From Candidatus Kuenenia stuttgartensis (GTDB lineage Bacteria; Planctomycetota; UBA11346), in assembly GCA_945876185.1 (NCBI GenBank), contig CAMCMZ010000002.1:24073-88072 (forward strand): a stretch of 64,000 nucleotides of DNA, given 5' to 3'. Shown in pieces: positions 39,008 to 48,077 of this stretch. Each line of letters begins with the position of its first letter. The first letter of the stretch is position 1. A program made the translations under genes and the position numbers. The notes under the pieces are model-generated. The model was given only the letters and a program-made list of their open reading frames with translations. It did not search any database and was not told the DNA's origin.

Positions 39008-40492
39008 TCAACCGACTTCTGCGACCACCGCCTGGTGCCGGACGCCGTCGACGGTGAAGTCGAAGGTGCGTTCCCCGGACGGTTTCGGCTTGGCGGCTGC
39101 ACTGGCGACGGCTGCGACGGGTGCTGCGGCCGGCTTGGCCGGGGGTTTTTCCGGCTGGGCGGTGCCGCGCAGGATGGCCTCGGTCTGGCTCGGGAACATC
39201 GCGTACAGCACGGCGGCCTCGTCGTCGGCGCGCAGGCCCTTGGCCTTCAACTCGGCCTTAAGCGACTCCATGCGCGGCTTGAGCTGGTCGGCGGCGCGAC
39301 CTTCGACCGGCGGGCCGAACTTGCTGATCGCCAGGGCTTTCACTTCGGGATCCACGGTGCCGGGGGTCTGGCCGTACTTGCCAAGGGCGACCTCGGCGGC
39401 CTGCTGCGAGAGGTTCTTCCAACGGCCGAAGCGGACGTTGAGCATGGCCTGGGTGCCGACGATCTGCGAGGTCGGGGTCACCAGCGGGATCCAGCCCAGC
39501 GCCTCGCGCACGCGCGGGATCTCGTCGAGCACCTCGGGCATCCGATCAGCCATGTTCTGTTCTTTGAGCTGGTTGCGGAAATTCGACAGCATGCCGCCGG
39601 GTACCTGGAAACGCAGGATGTCGAGGTCGGTGCGCTCATTCGCCGGGCTAGTGAAGGCCGACAGGTCGGCGTAGACCTTGGTGAAATGCTCGCGCAGGCG
39701 GTAGTACGCCGCGAGGTCATAGGCTGGTTTGCGCGGGTTGCCTTCCAGCAGTGCCTGCATCAGCGCCTGATCAGGCTGGCCGGTGCCGTTGGCAAAAGGT
39801 GCGATCGAGACATCCACGATGTCGACCCCGGCGTCAATCGCGGCGAGGTAGCTCGGCACCGCCAGGCAGGCGGTGTTGTGCGAGTGGAGAACCAGCGGCA
39901 GCGGTACCGCCGCCTTGATTTTGGTCACCAGTTCGCGCGCCATGCCGGGCGCGAGCAGGCCGGCCATGTCCTTGATGCAGATCGACTGGCAGCCCTGGCG
40001 GTGGAACTCGCGCGCATTGGCGACGAAGAGTTCGACGGTATGGACCGGGCTGATGGTGTAGCTGATCGCGCCCTGCGGGTGCTTGCCCGCCTTGAGCACG
40101 GCCTTCACCGCGACTTCGGTGTTCTTGAGGTCGTTGAGCGCATCGAAGATGCGGAAGATGGTCATCCCGCGCGCTGCCGTGCAGGCGACGAAGGCCTGCA
40201 CCACGTCGTCGGGAAACGCCGTGTACTGCACGATGTTCTGGCCGCGAAGGAGCATCATGTGCGGGGTCTTGGGCGCGGCGGCGGTGAGTTTGCCCAGGCG
40301 ATCGAACGGATCTTCAGCCAGGTAACGCACGCAGGCGTCGATGGTCGCGCCGCCCCAGGTTTCGAGGGCGTTGAAGCCGCAGGCGTCGAGCTCGCCGCAG
40401 ACCGGCAGCATCGCCGAGGTCGGCATCCGGGTCGCGGCGAGGCTTTGATGCCCGTCGCGTAAAACGTTTTGGTTGAATGTGACCGTGTTCAT
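39008..40492 (-). CDS. Carboxyltransferase 5S subunit (pyruvate carboxyltransferase domain; transcarboxylase 5S / OadA-like without biotin domain)
   Basis: Start at MNTVTFNQNVLRDGHQS (the RDGxQ motif of the PycB/OadA TIM barrel). 494 aa. No C-terminal biotinyl domain. Confidence 0.85.
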   Translation of the reverse strand: MNTVTFNQNVLRDGHQSLAATRMPTSAMLPVCGELDACGFNALETWGGATIDACVRYLAEDPFDRLGKLTAAAPKTPHMMLLRGQNIVQYTAFPDDVVQAFVACTAARGMTIFRIFDALNDLKNTEVAVKAVLKAGKHPQGAISYTISPVHTVELFVANAREFHRQGCQSICIKDMAGLLAPGMARELVTKIKAAVPLPLVLHSHNTACLAVPSYLAAIDAGVDIVDVSIAPFANGTGQPDQALMQALLEGNPRKPAYDLAAYYRLREHFTKVYADLSAFTSPANERTDLDILRFQVPGGMLSNFRNQLKEQNMADRMPEVLDEIPRVREALGWIPLVTPTSQIVGTQAMLNVRFGRWKNLSQQAAEVALGKYGQTPGTVDPEVKALAISKFGPPVEGRAADQLKPRMESLKAELKAKGLRADDEAAVLYAMFPSQTEAILRGTAQPEKPPAKPAAAPVAAVASAAAKPKPSGERTFDFTVDGVRHQAVVAEVG

Positions 40493-40747
40493 GGGCTGGA
40501 TTCCTGGAAAAAGTGCGGTTCGGGTGGATTGGTCGGGATGGTTGCGGGGGGGTGGGGGAATAAGGCATACGAACGGGGGGGGGCGCAATGCCGGGGATCG
40601 GGAACATCGGCAACATGCATGCGGCGGATCGGCAACCGCCGATTGCATCATGGCAGGGCAACCGAATGTCGCCGCATCCACCGTCCACGCTGCCTGCCCC
40701 TATCAGCGACCAGCTCGGCATCCCTTCCGCCCAATATCCCTGCCAAC

Positions 40748-41974
40748 ATGACCACGACCCCCAAAAGCCTGCGCCTGCACATCGGTCTCTACGGCCGCCG
40801 CAATGCCGGCAAGTCGTCGCTGATCAATGCGCTCGCGCGGCAACAGGTGGCGATCGTCTCGCCGGTGCCGGGCACCACCACCGATCCGGTCGAAAAGGCG
40901 ATGGAACTGCTGCCACTCGGCCCGGTGCTGTTCATCGACACCGCCGGACTCAATGACACGGGTGAACTCGGGGCGCAACGCGTCGCCGCCACACGCAAGA
41001 CCTTCGACCGCTGCGAGGTCGCGTTGGTCCTCGCGGCCGAATCGGGCTGGGGCACGGATGAAGATGCCATCGCCGCTGAACTCGCTGGTCGCTCTATCCC
41101 GGTCATCCCGGTGCTGTCCAAGGCGGACACGGTCGCCCACGATCCCGCATCGATCGCGGCGCTGACCACGCGCGGAATGCCGCCGGTCGTGGTCTCGGCC
41201 ACCACCGGTGCGGGACTGCCTGATCTGCGCGAGCGCCTGATCGCCGCCGCACCTGATGAATTCCTCGATCCGCCCGCCTTGCTCGCGGACCTTGTCGCCC
41301 CGGGCCAGGTCGTGGTGCTGGTGGTGCCGATCGACACCGAGGCGCCCAAGGGCCGCCTGATCCTGCCGCAGGTGCAGGCGATCCGCGACCTCATCGACCA
41401 CGACGCCATCGCCCTGGTGGTGAAAGAGCGCGAACTCGCGACCGCGCTCAAGCGCCTCGCCTCGCCGCCCGCCCTGGTGGTCACCGATTCCCAGGCGTTC
41501 CTCAAAGTTGCCGCCGATGTGCCTGAGTCTGTGCCGCTGACCTCGTTCAGCATACTCATGGCGCGGCAGAAGGGCGACCTCGCCAGCTTCGCGCGCGGAG
41601 CGTCAGCGATCGACAGCCTGCGTCCCAATGACCGCGTGCTGATCGCCGAATCGTGCAGCCACCACCCGATCGGCGAGGACATCGGCCGGGTCAAGATCCC
41701 GCGCTGGCTGACCCAGTACGTCGGCGGCAAACTCGACTTCACCACCGTGCAGGGCCGCGACTTCCCGGATGATCTTCCCAGCTATCGCCTGGTCGTGCAC
41801 TGCGGTTCCTGCGCCACCAATCGCCGCGCGATGCTGACCCGCATCCACGCCTGCGACCGCGCCGGGGTGCCGATCACCAATTACGGCATGTGCATCGCCT
41901 GGTCGTTGGGCATTTTCGCCCGCGCGTTGCGGCCGTTTCCGCAGGTGGCAATGGCGTTGAATGACGCCCAATGA
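40748..41974 (+). CDS. hydF: [FeFe]-hydrogenase maturation GTPase HydF
   Basis: N-terminal GTPase (GRRNAGKSSLINAL, DTAG). C-terminal cluster-binding CxHx(46-53)HCxxC signature (ESCSHHP...VVHCGSCA). Confidence 0.7.
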   Translation: MTTTPKSLRLHIGLYGRRNAGKSSLINALARQQVAIVSPVPGTTTDPVEKAMELLPLGPVLFIDTAGLNDTGELGAQRVAATRKTFDRCEVALVLAAESGWGTDEDAIAAELAGRSIPVIPVLSKADTVAHDPASIAALTTRGMPPVVVSATTGAGLPDLRERLIAAAPDEFLDPPALLADLVAPGQVVVLVVPIDTEAPKGRLILPQVQAIRDLIDHDAIALVVKERELATALKRLASPPALVVTDSQAFLKVAADVPESVPLTSFSILMARQKGDLASFARGASAIDSLRPNDRVLIAESCSHHPIGEDIGRVKIPRWLTQYVGGKLDFTTVQGRDFPDDLPSYRLVVHCGSCATNRRAMLTRIHACDRAGVPITNYGMCIAWSLGIFARALRPFPQVAMALNDAQ

Positions 41975-42078
41975 ACTCGGCCCGGCTTGACCCTCGGGTC
42001 GCTCGCGGATAGTCCGCCGCCCGCAACCACCTGCCGTTGCCCGCATCTCCATCCCCGCCACCCCAGTCCGGAACCACC

Positions 42079-43398
42079 ATGGCCTTCACCACCTTCTTCG
42101 ACCACATCCCCACCATCGCCTACGAGGGCGTCGAGTCCGACAATCCCTTCGCCTTCAAGTGGTATGACGCCAAGGCCAAGGTGCTGGGCAAGTCGATGAA
42201 GGATTGGATGCGCAACTCGGTGTGCTATTGGCATACGTTCCGGGGCATGGGCGGTGATCCGTTCGGCCCCGGCACCATCTGCCGGCCGTGGGAAGACGGC
42301 ACCGATTCGCTCGACCAGGCCCTGCGCCGCACCGAGGTCGTCTTCGACTTCCTGACCAAGCTCGGGGTCGAATACTACGCCTTCCACGATCGCGATGTCG
42401 CGCCCGAGGGCGGCAACCTGACCGAGACCAACGCCAACCTGTGGGCGGTCGCCAAGCAGCTCAAGAAACTGCAGGACGCGACCGGCGTGAAGCTGCTCTG
42501 GGGCACCGCCAACCTGTTCAGCCATCCGCGCTTCAACCAGGGTGCCTCGACCAGCCCGAACGCCGACGTCTTCGCCTACTGCGCCAACTCGGTAAAAGAG
42601 GCGATCGATGTCACCAAGTTCCTCGGTGGTGAAAACTACGTCTTCTGGGGCGGTCGCGAAGGCTACAACAGCCTGCTCAACACCGACCTTGGCCGCGAGG
42701 GCCGGCACTTCGCCGCCTTCCTCGGCATGGCCGTCGACTACGCCAAGTCGGTCAAGTTCCGGGGCCAGTTCCTGATCGAGCCCAAGCCCTGCGAGCCGAC
42801 CAAGCACCAGTACGACTTCGATTCCGCCACCGTGCTCGGCTTCCTTGAACGCAACGGCCTGGCCGACCACTTCAAGCTCAACATCGAGCAGAACCACGCG
42901 ACCCTCGCCGGCCACGACTTCAACCACGAGATCGCCTTCGCCACGTCCGTCGGCAAGCTCGGGTCGCTCGACGCCAACCGTGGCGACACCATGAACGGCT
43001 GGGACACCGACCAGTTCCCGACCGACTTCCGCGAGGCCGCCCAGGCGTGGCTGTACATCCACCAGAACGGCGGCCTGGGCAGCGGCGGCCTGAACTACGA
43101 CGCCAAGGTGCGCCGCGACTCGACCGACGTCGACGACATGTTCCACGCCCACATCTGCGGCATCGACACCTGGGCCCGCGGCCTGCGCATCGCAGAGAAG
43201 ATCATCAAGGACGGCAAGCTCGCCAAGGTCCTCAAGACCCGCTACGCCAGCTACGACAAGGGCATCGGCGCCGAGATCGACAAGGGCCGCACCGACTTCC
43301 GCAGCCTGCAGGCCTACATCGTCAAGAAGGGCGAGGCGGCGCCGAATGCGAGTGGGCGGCAGGAGTTGCTGGAGAACGTGTTCAACTCGTACGTCTGA
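42079..43398 (+). CDS. xylA: Xylose isomerase
   Basis: 439 aa. [17 protein letters not shown]..., FHD, WGGREG and the overall XylA class II signature. Confidence 0.9.
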   Translation: MAFTTFFDHIPTIAYEGVESDNPFAFKWYDAKAKVLGKSMKDWMRNSVCYWHTFRGMGGDPFGPGTICRPWEDGTDSLDQALRRTEVVFDFLTKLGVEYYAFHDRDVAPEGGNLTETNANLWAVAKQLKKLQDATGVKLLWGTANLFSHPRFNQGASTSPNADVFAYCANSVKEAIDVTKFLGGENYVFWGGREGYNSLLNTDLGREGRHFAAFLGMAVDYAKSVKFRGQFLIEPKPCEPTKHQYDFDSATVLGFLERNGLADHFKLNIEQNHATLAGHDFNHEIAFATSVGKLGSLDANRGDTMNGWDTDQFPTDFREAAQAWLYIHQNGGLGSGGLNYDAKVRRDSTDVDDMFHAHICGIDTWARGLRIAEKIIKDGKLAKVLKTRYASYDKGIGAEIDKGRTDFRSLQAYIVKKGEAAPNASGRQELLENVFNSYV

Positions 43399-43417
43399 TC
43401 AGGCCTGACCCCATGAA

Positions 43418-43465
43418 GCCGGCGATTGGTGCACTATGGCCGATCGCCGGCTTGATCATTTCTGC
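43418..43465 (+). terminator. Terminator candidate after xylA
   Basis: 9-bp stem GCCGGCGAT/ATCGCCGGC with a 16-nt loop, followed by the T-rich TTGATCATTTCTG. Confidence 0.3.
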
Positions 43466-43486
43466 CATCTGCGGCGCTGATTTCCC

Positions 43487-44011
43487 ATGATTTTCCTCGC
43501 TGCTCTGATCGCGCTTTTCATCTGGTTGGGACGACGGCGCGGGATGGCGTATTGGGGCTGGGCCACGGGTTACCTGGCCCTGGTTCTCATCAACCTGCTT
43601 GCTGCCTATGTCATCAAAGTCGATGGACTCACGCTCGTGACGTCCAGCCTTTGCTTAGTTTATATCTTGATATTCCTGCTGTGGCCTTGGCTTGCCGATA
43701 AAAATCAGGTCAAGGACATGGAAGAAATCAAAAAGGAATATGTTCGCGAAGATGAACTCACGGATCAGCGGATCCAGGAGAAATTCAAGGATTGGTTCGT
43801 GATAAAAACCTATGACGACAAACAGGATTCAGTCCAGTTCCAGAAGGACAGGACGACCCTGGAGACGAATGCCATCGTTCCCCAGGCAAAATCCTGCTTC
43901 GGCCTGACCACCATTTCGGTTGAAGAAAAGAATATTGAAAAGGCGTGTAAACTGCTCGGAATTGATTCCCTTCCAAATGACACTGAGGCGAATGATGAGA
44001 AAGAGTTATGA
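43487..44011 (+). CDS. Hypothetical membrane protein encoded in an AT-rich islet
   Basis: 174 aa. Three predicted N-terminal TM helices, then a charged cytoplasmic tail. Codon usage AT-rich, unlike the flanks. Confidence 0.45.
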   Translation: MIFLAALIALFIWLGRRRGMAYWGWATGYLALVLINLLAAYVIKVDGLTLVTSSLCLVYILIFLLWPWLADKNQVKDMEEIKKEYVREDELTDQRIQEKFKDWFVIKTYDDKQDSVQFQKDRTTLETNAIVPQAKSCFGLTTISVEEKNIEKACKLLGIDSLPNDTEANDEKEL

Positions 44012-44192
44012 TTTTTCACATGCCCGTGCAAATCCCTATGTCGGCCGATTGAAAAAGGGAATCTCAACTTGCATCCGGATATCCGCCGAGGAACGGGAAT
44101 ATGTCCGCACCCGCCTGGCAGCGATTAAGGCCGGTCATTCCAAGACCTTCACATGGGCTGAAGTGAAACGGCGCTTGACCAAACCTTGGTAA
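43998..44192 (+). CDS. BrnA/DUF4415-like ribbon-helix-helix antitoxin-like small protein
   Basis: SYDFSHARANPYVGRLKKG resembles the (E)YDFSKAKRNPYA motif of BrnA-family antitoxins. Overlaps the end of the upstream ORF by 14 bp. Partner toxin not identified. Confidence 0.3.
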   Translation, partial: RKSYDFSHARANPYVGRLKKGISTCIRISAEEREYVRTRLAAIKAGHSKTFTWAEVKRRLTKPW

Positions 44193-44220
44193 ATGTAGCC
44201 ATCATTTAGTTTCAGAGATC

Positions 44221-44621
44221 CTGATCTGTGCAGACGACTATCTGCGGCCTGTGTAGGTTTTCACCTGAAAAGACTGGACGTTTGATCATCGCAGAATTTC
44301 CAACTTCCGTTCAACCGCCCTACCGTCGGGATCGACATTTGAGACTTTACCTCAGCTTCAGTCGTCCCTACGGGACTGGCCATCTCCTTCTTACCCGTCC
44401 CGGGGTTGAAACCCCGGGCTAACCTCGCTACGTCCCTACGGGACGCGCGTCTCCTCAAATTCACGGTAAATTCCAGTGTGTTTCCGTCCCGTAGGGACGA
44501 GGTGAAGGTAGCCCGGGGTTTCAACCCCGGGTTTCACGTCCATTGAGATGCAACAGTCCCGTAGGGACGGCTGAAGACCTTCTTGGGGCTCGTGGCAGAA
44601 TCCTACGGATCAGGATCTCTG
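44221..44621. repeat. 401-bp non-coding element with 15-bp terminal inverted repeats (TCAGAGATCCTGATC) and an internal inverted duplication of a ~100-bp three-hairpin unit
   Basis: TIRs at 44221-44235 and 44607-44621. Units 44355-44454 and 44479-44586 are near reverse complements. Each unit is GTCCC-TAC-GGGAC hairpin, variable ~20 nt, CCCGGGG-TTGAAA-CCCCGGG hairpin, ~9 nt, second GTCCC-TAC-GGGAC hairpin. Confidence 0.5.
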
Positions 44622-44653
44622 AGTTTGAACATGAACAGCGGGATTCGCCCAAT

Positions 44654-44756
44654 AAAAATCGCAAGTGCACCCCAGATGCAAGGCGGGAGGAGGAAGTTGG
44701 GCAGCGCCCAATGACCGACGACCAACGCCGCAGATGGGGTGCAATTGCGATTTTTT
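44654..44756 (+). repeat. ~100-bp hairpin repeat (MITE-like) copy 2
   Basis: AAAAATCGCAAGTGCACCCCAGATGC...GCAGATGGGGTGCAATTGCGATTTT. Abuts the 3' end of the ABC permease gene. Confidence 0.6.
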
Positions 44757-46458
44757 ACTCCCGCAGCATCCCCGTGAGGCTGCGGCCGGTCAGGACCGCT
44801 GCGGTGCAAAGACTCGCCGCCAAGAACGCCATCGTCCACACCGCGAAGGCGCAGGCGACGGCGGGGCCGCTGCCGAGGACGGATGAGAGGTCGTAGAGCA
44901 CCTTGGTCACCGGCCAGGCGTCGCGCTTCTGGGCCAGGATGAGCGAGTCGGAGACCTCCAGCATCGAGAAGCTGAAGCACAGGATCGCGCCGGCGGCGAG
45001 GGATGCTGCGATGAGCGGTAGGGTGATCCGACGCAGGCGCGTCCAGGCGTTGGCGCCGCAGGCGGCGGCGGCTTCTTCCAGCGCGGGCGGCGACTGGGCC
45101 AGGCCGGCGTGGGTGGCGCGCACCACCTGGGGCAGGCGGCGGATGGCGTAAGCGAATATGAGCAGCGGGCCCGGATTCGCGAACGGATCGAGCCACGGCT
45201 TCAGGGCCGGGATCTGCTGGCTCAGCCAGACACCGATCGCGAGAAAACCAAACGCCATGATCAGGCCCGGCACCGCCAGCGGGGCCATCGCCAGGGCGTC
45301 GAGCGCCGCTGCGCCACGCGGTTTCCAGCGCGCGGTGATCCAGGCCACCGCGAAGCCGATGACCAGGGCGATCAGGGTGGCCAGACCGGCGTAGAACAGG
45401 CTGTTGCTGATGCTCGGCACCACGTTGGGGTGGGCGAGCGCATCGCGGAAGCGGTCGAACGTCACGCCGGCGGGCAGCAGCGTCCCATGCCAGTCGCGAC
45501 CGCAGGCGAGCGCCAGCACCATCAGATGCGGCGCGATGGCGAGCGCTGTGACCAGCAGATACGGAGTCCAGGCGAGCACCGCCTGCCAGCCACGCACTTG
45601 GCGGCCGGCGCTGCGTGCGGCGCCCTTCACCACCACCGCATCCGGCTGGCGACCGGCGATCAGCTGCGCGAGGCCATAGCTGGCCGCGACCACGACCAGC
45701 ATCACCACGACCAGGGCGAAGGGCTGCGGATTCGTATTCAGTTCGGTCAATCCATTGAATATCTGCACCGGCACCACGCGGTCGAAACCGAGCATCAGCG
45801 GGGTGCCGAGTTCAGTGAAGCTCCAGACGAAGATCACCGTCACGCCGGCGAACAGGCCTGGTTTCAAGAGCGGCAGGATGATGCGGCGCAGGATGGTGAG
45901 GCGCGACGCGCCACTCGCGGCGGCGGCCTCGATCAGGCCAGGGTCGAGGCGCGCGGCGGCGGCGGCCAGGGCGAGCCACAGAAACGGATACAGGTGCAGC
46001 GCCTCGACCACGCACACCACCGCGAACCGATGATCGCCGAGCCAATCCGGCCCGTGGCCTGGCAGCCACAGGCCGAACGCCGCCCCGGCGCTGTTCACCA
46101 CGCCATGGACACCGAGGAGCTGGAAGATCCCGAGCGCCCCGACGAACGGCGGCAGGATGAGCGGCGCCAGCAGCAGCGCCTCGGCCACCCCCTGGCCACG
46201 AAAACGCAGGCGCCAGCCGATCAGCGCCAGGGGCAGTGCGATGGCGAGGCTGATCAGGGTCGTCACCACCGCGATCGCGAAGCTGTTGCCCAGGCCGGCA
46301 CGCTGGAGCGGATGGCGGAGCACCTCGCCGATCCAGGCGGGCGACAGGCCGACGCCAGCCACGGTGACCACCGGCACCACGACGCCGATGACCAGCACCA
46401 GCGCGACAGCAGCGAACAACGTCCAGGCCAGCCAGGAACGATTCAGCGAACGGTTCAT
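44755..46458 (-). CDS. ABC transporter permease, fused two-domain type (iron(III)/FbpB-like)
   Basis: 568 aa from MNRSLNRS. Two MetI-like permease domains, each with an EAA-like loop. Confidence 0.8.
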   Translation of the reverse strand: MNRSLNRSWLAWTLFAAVALVLVIGVVVPVVTVAGVGLSPAWIGEVLRHPLQRAGLGNSFAIAVVTTLISLAIALPLALIGWRLRFRGQGVAEALLLAPLILPPFVGALGIFQLLGVHGVVNSAGAAFGLWLPGHGPDWLGDHRFAVVCVVEALHLYPFLWLALAAAAARLDPGLIEAAAASGASRLTILRRIILPLLKPGLFAGVTVIFVWSFTELGTPLMLGFDRVVPVQIFNGLTELNTNPQPFALVVVMLVVVAASYGLAQLIAGRQPDAVVVKGAARSAGRQVRGWQAVLAWTPYLLVTALAIAPHLMVLALACGRDWHGTLLPAGVTFDRFRDALAHPNVVPSISNSLFYAGLATLIALVIGFAVAWITARWKPRGAAALDALAMAPLAVPGLIMAFGFLAIGVWLSQQIPALKPWLDPFANPGPLLIFAYAIRRLPQVVRATHAGLAQSPPALEEAAAACGANAWTRLRRITLPLIAASLAAGAILCFSFSMLEVSDSLILAQKRDAWPVTKVLYDLSSVLGSGPAVACAFAVWTMAFLAASLCTAAVLTGRSLTGMLRE

Positions 46459-48077
46459 CGGCCGGCCTCCGCCAACACACGCGCCTGGTTCAGGTGGACG
46501 ATGGATTCCTCGACCCAGCGCCGCAGCACCCGTGTCGCGGCGAGACGATCCTTGTCGCCGACCGCGTTGCGGGCGTCTTTGGCTCCGGCGTATTCCACCG
46601 GCAGCCAGGAGAACTCGGCCCACGCCTGCGGGACCTTCTCCGGCCCGCCGGCGCGGATGATCGCCGCCCACGCGGCCTGCAGTTCCTCGCGCGGGTCGAT
46701 GGCGATCGCCTTGGTCATCGGGCCGATCAGCGGATAAAGCGGGCCGGTCCACGCACCGTGGTAGGTGAACTCGCGCGACAACGCGACCGGATCGTCGTCG
46801 GGATCGCTGCGTTGGTCACGTGGCGAATCGCGGTAGAAATCCAGCCGCACCGGCATCCGGCGCAGGGCGTAACGTTCCGGCCCCTGGGGCGTGCCGACCT
46901 TGATGCCCCACAGGCGTTGGCCCTGCGGCGACAGGACGAAGCGGATGAAATCGATGGCGAGCGGCCTTGCCGGCGCGCCGCGCAACAGGGCAATCGGATC
47001 CGCCGACACCGAGGTGCCCTGCTTGGGGATGATGAAGCGCAGCCGTTCGCGGCCATTGGACTCGCGCGCCGCCCAGTCGGCTTCGCTGCGGGCGTGATAG
47101 TCGATCGCGGTGCTGGCGGCGCAGTCGCCGCGCACGGTGTCGCGGGTCGGTTTGCTGGCTGAATCCGTCATCCAGCGCGCGTTCGCGACCAGGCGCTTGA
47201 TCAGGATCCAGCCCTCACGCCAGCCCTGCGCCTGGGCGGCCTTCTCGGCGTCACCAGATTTACCTGCCGCGAGCGGCAGCATGTGGCTCTGCAGGATGCG
47301 CTCGAGGGTGGTGACCACGGCGCCGGACTTGGTCGGGTCGGCGAGGGTGAGCTGGCGGAAGTAGCGCGCGTCGCCGAGGTCGCTCCAGCGCGTCGGCTGT
47401 TCCAGGCCAAGCTCGCGCAGGCGATCGACCGAGGTGGCGATGCCGAACACCGCGAGGCAGGCGCCGTAGTAGCGACCCTTGGCGTCGTAGATCGTCTCGC
47501 CGCTGAGCGTGGCCGGGATGATGTCCGGGGTGAACCAGGTCGGTTCGGCCTGGATCAGCCCGGCGTCGACGATCAGCCCGCGCTGGGCGGATTTGGCGTA
47601 GACGAACTCGCCGCCACCGAAGAACAGATCCAGGTCGCTGCTGATCTCGCTCGCGAGCCAGGCTGCTCGGGCGGCGTTCGCCGCCGTGCGCACGGCCTCG
47701 GGCGCGGTCGCGCTCACGCCGTCGCCGAAGATGAACCCCGCACTGGCCGCATGCTGCGGGAACTTCGCGGCGAAGGCCCCACGGTAGCGGTCCTCCAGGT
47801 AGCGGATGATGTCGCTCGTCCCGCCCGGACTGCGCCAGTCGATCGTCACCGCGACGCCGCGCTCGGCCTTTGCCCAGGCGGTGAAGGCGCGGGTGAACTC
47901 GGCCCGGGTCGGTTCGCCGTGCGGGGTGATGATCACCAGCGTCTGGTTTTTCAGAGGTGTTTCAGCGGAACTGGAAGCTGGGGCGGGCTTGCTGGCGGAG
48001 GCCTGGCGTTCCCGCAGCGCAAGCGGCAGCGCGATGAGGACGGCCAGCACCAGGACCGGCACCAGCTTGCCGATCAC
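46455..48077 (-). CDS. ABC transporter periplasmic substrate-binding protein (family 1, iron(III)-type)
   Basis: 540 aa. N-terminal signal peptide. Overlapping-stop operon with permease and ATPase. Confidence 0.7.
   Translation of the reverse strand: MIGKLVPVLVLAVLIALPLALRERQASASKPAPASSSAETPLKNQTLVIITPHGEPTRAEFTRAFTAWAKAERGVAVTIDWRSPGGTSDIIRYLEDRYRGAFAAKFPQHAASAGFIFGDGVSATAPEAVRTAANAARAAWLASEISSDLDLFFGGGEFVYAKSAQRGLIVDAGLIQAEPTWFTPDIIPATLSGETIYDAKGRYYGACLAVFGIATSVDRLRELGLEQPTRWSDLGDARYFRQLTLADPTKSGAVVTTLERILQSHMLPLAAGKSGDAEKAAQAQGWREGWILIKRLVANARWMTDSASKPTRDTVRGDCAASTAIDYHARSEADWAARESNGRERLRFIIPKQGTSVSADPIALLRGAPARPLAIDFIRFVLSPQGQRLWGIKVGTPQGPERYALRRMPVRLDFYRDSPRDQRSDPDDDPVALSREFTYHGAWTGPLYPLIGPMTKAIAIDPREELQAAWAAIIRAGGPEKVPQAWAEFSWLPVEYAGAKDARNAVGDKDRLAATRVLRRWVEESIVHLNQARVLAEAGR

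Noticed and set aside
44340-44590. Possible CRISPR array suggested by repeated GTCCCTACGGGAC / CCCGGGGTTGAAACCCCGGG motifs
   Set aside because: Repeats are short (13-20 bp), occur in both orientations as an inverted duplication rather than as regularly spaced identical direct repeats with unique spacers. No cas genes are nearby. Interpreted as a structured TIR-bounded element instead.
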